From Octopus bimaculoides (lineage: Eukaryota): 63,950 nt of DNA. The stretch's first letter is position 1; each line of letters starts with the position of its first letter. Shown piece by piece: positions 25,860-38,914 of the stretch. The stretch is from NCBI RefSeq assembly GCF_001194135.2, contig NC_068984.1, forward strand, positions 140,916,003 through 140,979,952, in the 5' to 3' direction. The notes below the pieces were generated by a model. That model did no database searches. It saw nothing but the letters and a program-made list of their open reading frames with translations, and was not told the origin of the DNA. The translations under genes and the position numbers were made by a program.

Positions 25860-26175
25860 TCTTGCCTCTCACAATATAGGAACATTTCTTATGGCACCAG
25901 CAGACAAAATAGAGATGGTGTTGCCTCATAGGATAGCGAGGAAGATGCACTGGAACAGCCACTTTGAATCATAGGGCTCGCACATGTGGATAGCAATCTC
26001 TGCTCTGATAGCAGTGAGCAGGGATATGGTCTGAGGGCCAAGAATGCTGGAGGTCTCAACTGCCACTGGCTTGACCATAAATCTCTTGGAGAGTGACCGA
26101 TACTTATGTTTTTTTCTCAACCTGACGAGCCTGGGCTGGTAGCTGAAAACACCAAGTTGCCACTGGAGATGGTGT
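25860..26175 (-). mobile_element. CRE-like RLE non-LTR retrotransposon 3' fragment
   Basis: ARQVEKKHKYRSL...KPVAVETSSILGP...WLFQCIFLAIL*GNTISIL resembles the K.Y..L..P+A+ET.G...L.Q.+S+A+.RGNA pattern. Confidence 0.7.
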
Positions 26176-26439
26176 CATTTGACTGCGGCCATGCTGGAGC
26201 ACCGCCTTTTAGTCGAGCAAATCGACCCATGGACTTATTCTTTGGAAGCCTAGTACTTATTCTATCGGTCTCTTTTGCTGAACCGCTAAGTTATGGGGAT
26301 GTAAACACACCAGCATCGGTTGTCGAGTGATACTGGGGGGACAAACACAGACACACAAACATATACACACACATACATACATATATATATATATATATAT
26401 TTCTCCACGTGCGGTTAACACAACCCCACTATTTACTGA

Positions 26440-26519
<80 letters not shown>

Positions 26520-27139
26520 TACGATGGGCTTCTTTCAGTTTCTGTCTACTAAATCCACTCACAAGGCTTTGGTCGGCCTGAGGCTATAGTAGAAGACACT
26601 TGCCCAAGGTGCCACGCACCTTGTGGTTGGTAACCAAACTGCTTACCATACAGCCACTGCTGCACCTACTGTATATATTTTTTATTATTTTTATAATTTG
26701 TATATATTTATTTCATTATAAATGCAAAACAACACCACACACTCGCCTCCTGAGTTTCGTTTTCCATACTACTGTATGTATGATTCTTTGGTTACTCATC
26801 TATGGTACAGTATTATTTTCTTTTAATATATTTTAATTAATGTGTTATACAGTGCAGTGTAGTAATAGATTTTTTATTTATTAATTTATTAATTTTTAGG
26901 TGTGAAAATGCTCATTTTACCACAGAAATAATTAAAATCTAAAAGAATATAAATACTTATTGGACGCAGAAGCCTGCAATATTCTGAGAAGTCTGCAATA
27001 TAAATTTTCATATATTAGCTGGAAAAATCCGCAATGTATTGAGGGCGCAACAGGTGAACTGCAATGTACCGTATGATTACATATATACATACATATGTAC
27101 AACAAACACTACAAATGTACAGAAAATAGACTCCATCAA

Positions 27140-27250
27140 ATGCTGGCGGGGAAAGCTTCTGTTATCTAGGTGGTCAAGTTAGTAGTGGAGGTGGATGCTC
27201 TGAGAGCATAGCTGCTAGAATAAGAATAGGTTGGGCGAAGTTCAGAGAGC
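27140..27250 (+). mobile_element. RTE LINE RT-thumb fragment
   Basis: ESFCYLGGQVSSGGGCSESIAARIRIGWAKFREL. Confidence 0.8.
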
Positions 27251-27540
27251 TCCCATGCCAGTGGCATGTAAAAAACACTGTCTGAACATGATCGATGTCA
27301 GGCCCGCCAAACTGGCGCCAGTGCTGGTGGCATGTAAAAAGCACCAACTACACTCTCAGAGTGGTTGGCGTTAGGAAGGGCATCCAGCTTTAGAAACATT
27401 GCCAGATCAAATTGGGGCCTGGTGCAGCTGCTGGCTCTCAAGACCTGAGTCAAACCGTCCAACCCATGCCTGCATGGAAAACGGATGTTAAATGATATTG
27501 ATAATGATGATGATGAATCTATGTGGAAACCCATTGTATA

Positions 27541-27572
<32 letters not shown>

Positions 27573-27781
27573 AGTGCATGCATGTGCCTGTGTGTGTGTA
27601 TTTGTCCTCGCCAAACTATGTTGGTTTGTTTACATCCCTGTAACTTAAGAGTTCGTAAAAGAGACAGCTAAAATAAGTACTAAACTTAAAAAATAAGTTC
27701 TGGGGTCAATTTGTTCAACTAAACCCTTTGAGATGGTACCTCAGTATGGCCACATTTCATTGACTGAAACAAGTGACAGAC

Positions 27782-27814
<33 letters not shown>

Positions 27815-27834
27815 TGTATGTATATATATATGTA

Positions 27835-27865
<31 letters not shown>

Positions 27866-28167
27866 TTGTGTGTGTGAGTATAGAAAACAGTTTTTCATTT
27901 AGATATACTTTGAGTATATGTCATATTTTCATATGAGTTCCTTGTAATTTGTTAACGACAACCAGCTTTCCTTCATCTATTTCCAATGTTTCTAGACTTT
28001 CACATTCTCATCTTTTGGATGAAGTGATGTTGGTGTTTGGTGTTGTCTCTCTCCCATCCTCCCTCTCTCACATCCTCCTTCTCTCTGTGTGTAGAGAGAG
28101 AGATTGATAGAAAGACAAATAGATAGACACATAGATTGACAGATGGCTAGGCAGACAGATAAACAGT

Positions 28168-28204
<37 letters not shown>

Positions 28205-28278
28205 GGAGAGATAGATATAAATAGATTGATAGACTAATCAATAGATAGATAGATAGATAGATAAATATAGATCGATCA

Positions 28279-28319
<41 letters not shown>

Positions 28320-28470
28320 TGTGTATTTCTTCTATCTTAATGAATAAAAATTCTTCTGATAGAATANNNNNNNNNNNNNNNNNNNNNNNNNNNNNNNNNN
28401 NNNNNNNNNNNNNNNNNNNNNNNNNNNNNNNNNNNNNNNNNNNNNNNNNNNNNTATATATATATATATAT

Positions 28471-28705
28471 AAGAATTTAAGGAATGGAGAAAACGCATGT
28501 TATAATTGCATACTTTATTCCTACATATGTTTCAAAGGATTACAACCTGTGTGATCCATAGGGATCTTTGATATTAAAATTGTAACCTTCTCGTCAGGGA
28601 AAGCATGGGAATCATCTTAAACGTAAGACATTATGACCGACTATGAAAACAATAGATGGATAAGTATGCAATTATAACATGCGTTTTCTCCATTCCTTAA
28701 ATTCT

Positions 28706-28706
<1 letters not shown>
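28471..28706 (-). mobile_element. Fold-back element, perfect 45-bp TIRs around a hammerhead, inserted in (TA)n
   Basis: Arms 28471-28515 and 28662-28706 are exact reverse complements, with (TA)n on both sides. Confidence 0.85.
28518..28601 (-). ncRNA. Minimal type-I hammerhead ribozyme motif, canonical core
   Basis: Minus strand UUCC-CUGACGA-[GAAGGUUACAA...UUGUAAUCCUUU]-GAAAC(AUAU)GUA^-GGAA. Stem III is the perfect palindrome ACAUAUGU, and AAUAAA follows the cleavage site. Confidence 0.85.
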
Positions 28707-28741
<35 letters not shown>

Positions 28742-28866
28742 TAAATAGATAGATAGATAGATAGATCACTCAATAGATTGATAGATAATGGAGAGACAGA
28801 TATAGACAGATAGATAGTTAGATAGATTGATGGGTGGGTAGGTAGGTAGGTAGGTTGGTAGGTAGG

Positions 28867-28919
<53 letters not shown>

Positions 28920-29454
28920 GTTGCATCATTTACATTACCACCAAGAATTATTAGAGGGATGTTCAGCTAGTAAATGGGTTCAGGTCCGGGAGAGCCTGAA
29001 AGCGGATCGGTCGATACATACTGGAACCCTCCCTAAAAACGAAAGCTCCACACCCTCAAATTTTGAGACTTCCCACTCATCATCATCCGAAAAGTTATTC
29101 CACCTGCCAAATTTTCCCCAAGGTCCACGATCTCAGTAAGTTATAAGTTTCTCAACTTGACATAATGGAAGTCTTTCCTATAACTATTAAAAGTTATCAC
29201 TGAGAAATGGAAATTTCGTTTACTAGTTCTACTACTACAAACACACCACCACCACCATTACTATTATTAGTACTAGTACAATCACGACTTTATTAGTCCA
29301 ATGGTTATTACCCCCACAGTACATTATCGTTCCTTCCACCACCTCCACTATTATTAGAACCACCTCCACTATCATTAGAATCACTACCACTACCACTAGA
29401 ACCACTATTACACCACCACCACCACCACTATCATTTGCTCCGACTCTGTTGCCG

Positions 29455-29828
29455 GTATGAACGTCACATGACGTATACAAACCGGTCATATGACGTCAAC
29501 ACCAACACATTCTTTGTGCGCGTGTGTGTGTGTGTCTCTCTCTCTCTGTCTCCCTTTCTATTTACCACTCTCTCTTTCTCTCTCCCCCTCTTTCTCTCTC
29601 TCTCATTTAATCTGAGCTCCGTCTCCACCACTATCGTTACTGTTTGAAGTCACATGACTTCTAGTCTCTAACAGTTTGCGAGAAAGTAAGAGGGGGGAAA
29701 GTCAGTGCGCGCGCGTACGTATGTGTGTGTGTGTGTGTCAGTTGATAACAATAGTATACATACGCGTTTGCACGCGTGTGCGTTAGTGTGTTCGAGTTGT
29801 CTCATTTCCACCCTCATCGCATAACAAC
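29455..29828 (+). promoter_or_regulatory. Putative YAE1 promoter/5'UTR with palindromic E-box (GTCACATGAC) and CRE (TGACGTCA) motifs
   Basis: ACGTCACATGACGT 29461-29474, GTCATATGACGTCA 29485-29498, GAAGTCACATGACTTC 29646-29661; locally CpG-richer; directly upstream of the ATG. Confidence 0.5.
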
Positions 29829-29999
29829 ATGTCAGCCGTCGATCTGAGTAGACTGAGGCCAAGTGAATCTTCACTTCAAACCGATCAAAATGGCAATGGT
29901 AACACTACCAACGATATGGAGGATATATACGATGAAGATGTGTCTGAATTAGAGGTGGGTAAGAAAGATTGGTCACAGATGAACTGGAAACTATCTCAG
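29829..29999 (+). CDS. YAE1: YAE1 maturation factor of ABCE1, coding exon 1 (57 codons, phase 0)
   Basis: ATG at 29829, MSAVDLSRL...DMEDIYDEDVSELEVGKKDWSQMNWKLSQ then donor CAG|GTAAGA at 30000. The D(I/V)(Y/F)DE...W block matches the YAE1 N-terminus and joins in frame to exon 2. Confidence 0.9.
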
Positions 30000-32900
30000 G
30001 TAAGAAGACGTCTCCAGAAAGGAAGTATTTGTTTTGTTAATTAGCCGGCATGTCTCTCTTTATTACTTGTTTTATTATTTATCTGTATAGCTACAATATA
30101 TTTCTCTCTACCTATAGTGTCCTAACTTTCTGTCTATTTGTGTCATTTTCTTTATTTATTCCTCTAATATAAAAATTGTCCTTCCATCGATCTCTAGAAT
30201 CCCAACTTTCTAGAATCCCAACTTTCTGTTAGGATCTCCGTCTTTTCTATTCATATTTTCGTCTAATATGTTTGGTATTTGTATTGATCGATTTCTCTAT
30301 TGCGTCCTAACTTTCTGTCTGTATTTTTCTACTTTCTTATTTGTCTCGATATAGAATATTTCTGTCGATCTGTTGTTTGTCCATATGTGTATCTTTTTAT
30401 TTCTGTTTGTATCTATGTAGACTGTATCGATCTGTTTATCTACCTATAGTGTTTATTGATAACTTTCTTTTATGAAGTATACCAATGTATTTCTTACTAG
30501 ATTAGCTAGGTGTTTGACCGTCTGTAATACACACACACACTAACCTGTGTATGGATGTGTGTGTTGTCTGCCCCCCCTCTCTCCCTCGAACTTACACACA
30601 CTCACACAAGTCTGTGTATGTATATGTGAGTGTGTGTTGTCTGCCCGCCCCCCCCCCGTCTCTCTCAAATACACTAGTCTGTGTATACGTGTATGTATAT
30701 ATGTGGCTGTGCGTGTTATCTGCCTCTCTCTCTCTATGTCTCTGTTTGTCTGTCTCTCTGTCTCTGTCTCTCTCTCACACACACATTGTGTCTTTACATA
30801 CCAGTCTGCCTGCCTGCCTGTCTGTCTCTATGTGTCATACAACCTCACCTTCCTGGTCCCTCCTTTGTTATGTTCACATGATGACGTCACCGACGTATCA
30901 AGCCAGTTGTCACAGTATACACACACACACACACACACGCAGTCTTATGTTACCACGCACACTTGCATTCTCTCCTAATTTCATATTTAACCAAAGGCAA
31001 TTTTCGTCGGACACAATGTGATCACTCACTCTTTCCTCTTCCTCCTCCTCTTTTTATGTTAGCAAGTGTATACACACACACACATACGCACACGCACACA
31101 CACACACACGCACACACACACACACACACACAAACGCACACACACACAAACACACATATTCACTCATAGCAGCTGGTTTTTGTTTAGTACCAAATCAACG
31201 CTGACTGAATGCGCATATAATCAAAATGTCTTCTAGCCGTGACCACCCTGTCTATTTACAAGTACCTAGGACTACATTACCTTAGGTGTCATTCCTTTCT
31301 TAAGATGGTAGTGTGTGATTTGTCTGCTATTTTTAGCAGATTGAGCAAGAATGTAGTGAATTCCCAATTCCTCGTGTCACAGCTGGTGGTTTTCGTTTAA
31401 CCCCAGGCCAGATCTATGAAAGTGCCATCGTTTTCAGACAACGTACCCAGGACTATTTTATCGAATGTGTCCTTCCTTTATGAAGTGGTCTGAGAGAAAT
31501 TTGGCTGTTATTTTTAACAAGTCAAGCGATCACAATGCTGAAGTGTATGTTGCTGGCCTGGAAATTCAAGGTTCACGTTTAGTTACTATCATGGCCTGAT
31601 GTGTTCGTAGACGAGATTCTTAACCCTCTGCTGTACAAAGTAATAACCGAAGAAAAGTATCGCTGGTTGTAGAAAAACAGTGGGAACACTATTTATGGAT
31701 GGATGTTTTTGTTGGCAGACATTGTGTTCCGATCCTGTTTTTGGTTATAACTTCTGTAGTGAAAGATTTTCCTGGGATTAATTACCTTTGAGATGGAACT
31801 ACAGGAAAAGGAAAATTTCAGTTGGGACCCAATAGATACTGGTAGTCACTACATCACTCTTCTCCCTATACATACATACACACACACACACATACTCTTA
31901 GTCGTTACTCTTTTACTTGTTTCAGTCATTTGACTGCGGCCATGCTGGAACACCGCCTTTAGTCGAGAAAATCGACCCCAGGACTTATTCTTTGTAAGCC
32001 TAGTACTTATTCTATCGGTCTCTTTTTGCCGAACCGCAAAGTTACGGGGACGTAAACCAAGTCCACTCACAAGGCTTTGGTCGGCCCGAGGCTATAGTAG
32101 AAGACACTTGCCCAAGGTGCCACGCAGTGGGACTGAACCCGGAACCATGTGGTTGGTAAGCAAGCTACTTACCACACAGCCACTCCTGCATACATACATA
32201 TACATACACACATATATATAAAGGCACCTGTGCTGGTGACATGTGAAAGGCACCCAGTACATTTTGTAAAGTGTTTGGCATTAGGAAGGGCATCCAGCTG
32301 TAAAAAACCATGCCAGAGCAGACAATTGGGGCCTGGACAGCCCTCAGGCTGGCCAGCTCCTGTCAGACTGTCCAACCTGTGCCCATATGGAAAACGGACC
32401 TTAAATGATGATGATGGTAATGCTCAATTTTATACTTTAAGCTTATCAGTTGTCAATTTTACAAGGGTTCTGTTACTTATAGTTGGCAAATGTATCTCTA
32501 CCATGTGGTACCAATTCATAGCTGGGTAGACTGGGATGGTCTACTAAGGTCATAGGTGAGTGTCACTCCCTCCTTTTGTGACTAAATAATAGTTTCACTT
32601 AAGCACAAGTACACAAACATCTGCTGAAAATCAACCCTGATACTTAACTGTTACTTATTTTAGCCTCTAGAATATGAACTTTTGACCTGGTCATCTGAAA
32701 CACTGTGAACTTAAATGCCTGAACTGTCCATATTCAACTATATCTAATTATAAATAAGGAAGTATGTGGAGGCACAGTTCACTATTGTACACAGTATGAT
32801 CTACTGACCTTAACTATAAAAAAATAATATTGAAATTATGTTGCCTGAATCATAAGAAATGATGGCCTTACACACATACACACACTGAAATATTAAGCAT

Positions 32901-34555
32901 GTCTGCAGACACACACCCCTACCAATAATTTTACATAAACACAACCAACCACACCCATCTAAATGGGTGGAGGTGACAAGAATTTTGAAACTGATGAAGT
33001 AACTATGTAACACACTTCCTTAATGTCTGAAATGACTCAGTCCTTACCCCTATTATACCTATATCCATCCCCTGATGTCTGTCTGGTTAACTAGCCCACA
33101 CCCCTATTACACCCAGTGACATTATCCTCCTTATGTATGCACCCCATCAATGTTACTGTAGTGCATCAACCCATACCTACATGTCTATCTGTCTGTCTGT
33201 CTGTATCTGTCTATCTATCAGTCTCTCTCTCTCTCTATATATATATATAGAGAGAGAGAGAGACACCTTGTAGTAGTGGTATCCACCCTGTATGAAGTGT
33301 TTCTGTCATAAACATCCACCCATGGCCCCAGCCGACAACTGATGAAGGGTCCTTTCTCTGTGTTAACTTGTCCTGTTTTCCATTTTTTCTCATTGTTTAC
33401 GTATTTCATTTTATTTGCACCATTGTTGATGTCCTGTACCCATATATGCATGTATGTATATATATATATTATTTATTACATATATCATCATCATCATCGT
33501 TGAACGTCTGTTTTTCATGCTGGCATGAGTTGGACGCTTTGACTGCAGTCTAAAGAGCCAACAGCTGCACCAGGCTCCAATCTGATCTGGTAATGTTTCT
33601 ATAGCTGGATGCTCTTCCTAACGCCAACCACTCCAAGAGTATAGTGGGTGGTTTTTACATGCCACCGGCACAGGGAGCCATATGTATTTAGAATATTACA
33701 CTTACCTTTTCCATTGGTCCCCAGACACAAAATTATTATGACATTTAAAGCAGGTCTCTATACCTCACGGTCTTGAACAGTTCTGCTTTCAGCCAGACCA
33801 ATCATTGACCTTAAATGTCTCTAGTATTGACATTCCTAGCAGTGGACATCTTGTCAAGTATGTTCTTTAAATTCTCGGAGTGAAGAAAGTTCTGCTCCTG
33901 AGATCAAATCCACTGTATATTCAGTTAGACACTGCTTCAATTGTTTTATTTTATGCATGTTGTTGTTGTTGTTGTTAGCCCCCAGATCTAACTCAGACTG
34001 AGTGGACCTATGATTAAAGAAATTCCATGGTCATCTCCTTTTTACTCAGGCAATATATTCAAGATGACAACAACAACAACAATAATAATAATAATAATCC
34101 TTTATACAATAGGCACAAGGCCTAGACTTTGGAGGAGGGGGACAGTCGATTACATCGACCCCTTCCCCCCCAGTACTCAACTGGTACTTATTTTATTGAC
34201 CCTCGAAAGGATGTAAGGCTAAGTCGAACCTGGTGGAATTTGAACTCAGAATGTGAAGACGGATGAAATACTGCTAAGCATTTTGCCTGGTGTGCTAATG
34301 ATTCTGCCAGCTCACCACCATAATAATAATAATCCTTTCTACTAAAGGCACGAGGTCTGAAATTTGCGGGTAGGGGACCAGTTGATTACATTGATCCATT
34401 GATCCCAGTGTTTCACTGGTACTTAATTTATCGACCCCGAAAGGATGAAAGGCAAAGTCGACCTCAGCAGAATTTGAACTCAGAATGTAAGGACAGGCAA
34501 AATACTAACGATTCTGCTAACATGCAGCCTTAATAATAATAATAATAATAATAAT

Positions 34556-34905
34556 AAATTATTTTATAGCCACAAGGGCTCATGTACAAAACATTAAAAG
34601 ACATACAACGACATAAAAGACAAAAATAGGTCGATACAATGGGTTTTCGCATGTACACAATGTAATAACAAAAGACTTGAACTAATTAAAACTCCCAAAT
34701 GGGGAGGCACTTTAAGGTCTTTGTGGAAAACCCCACAAAAGTCACGGGTGCTTGAACAACAGGGCAAGAGCCTGTCTCCATTTTTTTTACAGGTGTATGC
34801 TCAGAATTGGTCCTTTCACACCTGGTATTCTTCCAACATTCACTCATTTTTCAACAAACTTGCTACAAGGCAATACTTCCTTCTCCACCCACAACTTCCT
34901 TTTCA
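34556..34905 (-). mobile_element. L1/Tx1-type LINE ORF2 C-terminus and 3'UTR
   Basis: FHLKRKLWVEKEVLPCSKFVEK*VNVGRIPGVKG, followed by a T-rich UTR ending AAAATAA. The family is assigned from recalled similarity. Confidence 0.55.
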
Positions 34906-34949
34906 AGTGAAATAATAATAATAATAATGATGATGATGATGATGATGAT

Positions 34950-35165
34950 GATGAGCTTATTGTTTACAGTGCTCAGGTGCACTACAACTCATCAGGACAA
35001 AGTGGCCAAAATTGCATAAACACAACATAAACTAATGCACAAGAAGCAAACAGTGAATGAGTCATTACAAAAAAAGTGGTGGTGGTGGCCGGACATCAGG
35101 TGTATTGTTTCGTGAATTTCAGAAAGCCTGGAAGTTTTGAAGGTTGTAGTGTCCTGACAGCTAAC
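34950..35165 (-). mobile_element. CR1/L2-type LINE 3' end (same family)
   Basis: SVVSCQDTTTFKTS plus the same terminal hairpin and (CAT)n tail. Confidence 0.8.
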
Positions 35166-38100
35166 AACTGATGTGGATATCCAATATATCCTTCTTTGTT
35201 TATGATGGTAGGTTGTGTTGAGGGGGGATTTGGCTGCTATTTCTCCCCTTTTGGCTTTTTGCAAATTATAGTGTCATTGATTGTAGGTTTTTCACTAATG
35301 GGTCGCTTGTATATTTCTATTGGTGACTGTGCGATGGAAGTGTCTGTGCAACTTGGGTGGATTTAATACCACAAGGTAGTTTTGTTTGAATGAACTTCCA
35401 TTTTATCAGTTTTTTTTTTCCAGAAAAAGATACACATATTCATACGCATATGAATGCATACTTGTATGTGTGTGCATATATGTATGTATTTATGTTTGCG
35501 TGAATGTATGTTTGTGTGTGTGTATGTTTGTGTGTGTATGTATCTATGTATGTATGTATGTATGTGCATGTATGTATGTGTGCGTGTATGTATGTGTGTA
35601 TGTATATATGTTTGTGTATGTATATATGTTTGTGTATGTATATGATGCATGCATGTATGTATGTATATATGTATGTATGTGTGTGTATGTATATATGTTT
35701 GCATGTGTGTGTCTGTGATGTGTGTATGTATGCATGTATGTATGTATGTATACTGTTACCTTGTATACGCTGATGAAGATGTTAGGTGGATGTGGGACAT
35801 TTCTTTACTTCATAGGATTATAATTTGTTACCTTTTAATAGGGTGGCAGCCCATTTCATCCCAGCTGGAGTAGAATCCTGTCTTGCTCCAGCTGGCTTGG
35901 TAGCCTATCTTTCCCTGGTCGTGATGATAGCCTATATTGCCATGGCAGACATAGTACCCTTACCTTGTCCCAACTGGTACAAATACCTCGTCTTGTCATG
36001 GCTGGGATGGTAGTTTGCAGCTCATCTCATTTCAACTGGGGTAATTGTTTGCTATATCCCAAGTGGGGTGAATGCCCGTCACATCCTGAATAGGGTGACT
36101 ATTTTGGGTGACATTCCTCGGTATTCTGGAACCTCTTCTCAACATCTAAGAGAACAATGATGTATAGAATTCTGTGCCCTGCTCTCTTTCTTTTCCAAAG
36201 CAGTTTTGTTATATTTGAACTCTAGACCTGTGAGACTTCAGTCGTTACCCATGGCCACCAACTCATTATTGTTTCTGCTGTATATGCAGTACATATGTGT
36301 GCATATATGTTTATATATGTATATATATTGTACATATATGTTTGTGAAGGTGCATGGGTCAATGGTTTGAGTGTCGGGCGCATGATCATGAGGTAGTGAT
36401 TTCGGTTCCTGGACCAGGCTGTGTTGTTTTCTTGAGCAAGACACTTTATTTCACATTGCTCCAGTTCACTCAACTGTAAAAATGAGTTGTGATGTCACCG
36501 GTGCCAAGCTGTGCCGGCCCCTTTGCCATTCCCTTGGATAACATCAGTGGTGTGAAGAGTAGTTGTATGGTTTTCTATGAATGTACATGTGGTTGTGTGT
36601 GTAAATTATTGTTTGGTAATTATGCTGACATCCACTTAATTTATAAATCTACAGGCACACTCGCACACACACATCTACATAAACACTGATCATATTCACT
36701 CACTCACACACACAGATGTGTGTGTGCAAACACATTTTATTACATGTATCATTGTCATTAAAGGTCCATTTTCCATGCTAGCCTGCCTTGAATGGTTGAA
36801 CAGGAGCTGGCAAGCCAGAGGGCTGTACCAAGCTCCTATGGTTTCTATGGCTGGATGCTCTTCCTAATGTTAACCACCTTACAGAGTATGCTGGTGCTTT
36901 TCATGTGGCACCAGCACAGATGCTTCTAATGTGGGTGCTTGACATTAGCTTGGGTGCCCTTTACGTGGTGCAAGAACAAGTGNNNNNNNNNNCAGATGCT
37001 TCTAATGTGGGTGCTTGACATTAGCTTGGGTGCCCTTTACGTGGTGCAAGAACAAGTGCTTTTCATGTGGCACCAGCACAGGTGCTACTTATGTGGTGCC
37101 AGCATGGGTGCTTTTTACATGACATCAGCTTAGGTACCTTTTATGTGGCACCAACTTGGGTGCCTTTTGCATGGTGCTGGAACAGGTGTTTTTCTTGTGG
37201 CACCAGCACAGGTGCTTTTTACATGACACTTGTAAGGTCACCAAGTAGCTTCCAAGGCTAAGACCTCTCAACTGAGGGAGGGAGTGGAACCGAGGGAAGT
37301 AGCTGTGTGTCAGGTGAGAGGTTAGAGTATAATAGAGGGACAGAGAAAGGATACTTGGCAACCCCAAGAGAAGAAGGGGAGAGAGAATTAGAAAAGGATA
37401 GAGAGACAGAGTGAGAGAGAGAAAGATAGATGGTGCTGGAGATGTATTGGGGCCTATCTACCAGGAACAGTGAGTAGGTGGGGGGGAGTATAAGTAGTGC
37501 AGTGGGGATAAACGGGGATGTTCCATAAGAGTGTGAGGGGAGAGGTTTAGGGATGGGGAAGACATGCCTGTCTTTTTATATTTTTAAGTTACAGGATTTG
37601 AGGGTAGTTGGCTTCTATTTCTAGCTGGTATAACAATCACATACAAGCTCCCTAATTAGTAACAGACATGAATGAAGATGTGGTGGTGTTCAGGTTTTTG
37701 TTGGAAGATGTTTTAATTGAGGTATTTGGACCGTTTCCAAAAAATCTTTGCTTTGAAAGACAGAAGAAGGCACTGTCAGTTAAGGACATGAAATATAGGC
37801 ACATGCCATTGCTGGTTGTGTGCATTTGTGCATATACTCTCGTGTGTGTGTGTGTGTGTGTGTGTTTGTACATGCACATGTGTATATGTAAGATGTAGGA
37901 TATTGAAGCAAAGTTCTTTCACACACTGATTAATTATTAACCATTGATTTATGACACTACTATGTCAAACAACTGCTGTGATGTGCAGGGAGTAGAACCA
38001 GCTGGCTACCAGGATTACTCTGTCACTGTCTTTTGACCAAGTTCTGGTTTGGCTGGAGGCTGGGGCCAAAGAAATGGTATAAAGGATTATTAAATGGACG

Positions 38101-38690
38101 TTGGCATCAGGCATTTTTCATCTCCAATGTGAAGCTAATTATTTCTACCAACTACCACAATGGAAGAGACTAGTTCTGCTTGCTTTGGGGCAAAATGTAC
38201 AAGACTTGAAGGAGGTGGGGGGAAATCAAAATCTGTTTTCATACCACAGTCTTAAGTAAGGGAAGGGGGTTTTGCTTGGAGTAAAGGGCTGCCAGGAATT
38301 TAAAGGGATTGATCCTTCTTTACCAGCTGTTCCCTTTATATTGTCTTGTATCTCTTGTCTCTCAGGAAGGAGAATCATGGGAAGAAGTGTTATAGAATTA
38401 TTTGAACATGTCAACATAGGAATTAGCACAAGTTTCAAGAACAATTATTGTCATTAATGTTGTTGTTGTCATCATCGTCATCATCATTGTTGTTGTTGTT
38501 GTTGTTGTTCTTTGACCTTGAGCATGCCCTGGTTGAATAGACCTAGATATTATTATAGTTGTAATAAAGTACCAGAGTTGATGTAATTGATTTCTCCCTT
38601 CCCCTTGGAAATTGCTGGTACTATGATAAAATTTGAAATCTTTATTATTAAAATTAAGATTGTGGTGTGAGTGTGGGTGTGAGAGAGAGA

Positions 38691-38745
<55 letters not shown>

Positions 38746-38914
38746 TATATATACATATAGAGGTGCTAGGAAGAGCATCCAGCCATTGAAAACCATGCCA
38801 AATCAGATTGGAACTTGGTGCAGGTCCCCAACTTACCAGTTTTCAGTCAAATCATCCAACCTATGTTAACATGGAAGACGGACGTTAGATGATGATGATG
38901 ATGATATATATATA

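Noticed and set aside
26116-26160. CTGACGA...GAAA motif
   Set aside because: It is antisense of RLE coding sequence and lacks the U-H cleavage site; coincidental.
29959-29964. Second GTAAGA donor inside YAE1 exon 1, and a CAG acceptor 4 nt into exon 2
   Set aside because: Each alone shifts the frame and removes conserved residues; no evidence of use.
33334-33372. GACAA-CTGATGA-AGGG...TTGTC hammerhead half-motif
   Set aside because: Stem I and the first core strand are present but GAAA and stem III are missing; at best a decayed relic.
36917-37058. Exact 66-bp direct repeat around a 10-N gap
   Set aside because: Typical unmerged contig overlap, so an assembly artefact.
36890-37230. Array of ~27-30 bp GTGCTTTT..ATGTGGCACCAGCA units resembling a CRISPR-like repeat
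   Set aside because: It is a degenerate minisatellite inside the RTE-tail family (also near 52250 and 58030), with no unique spacers and a eukaryotic context.
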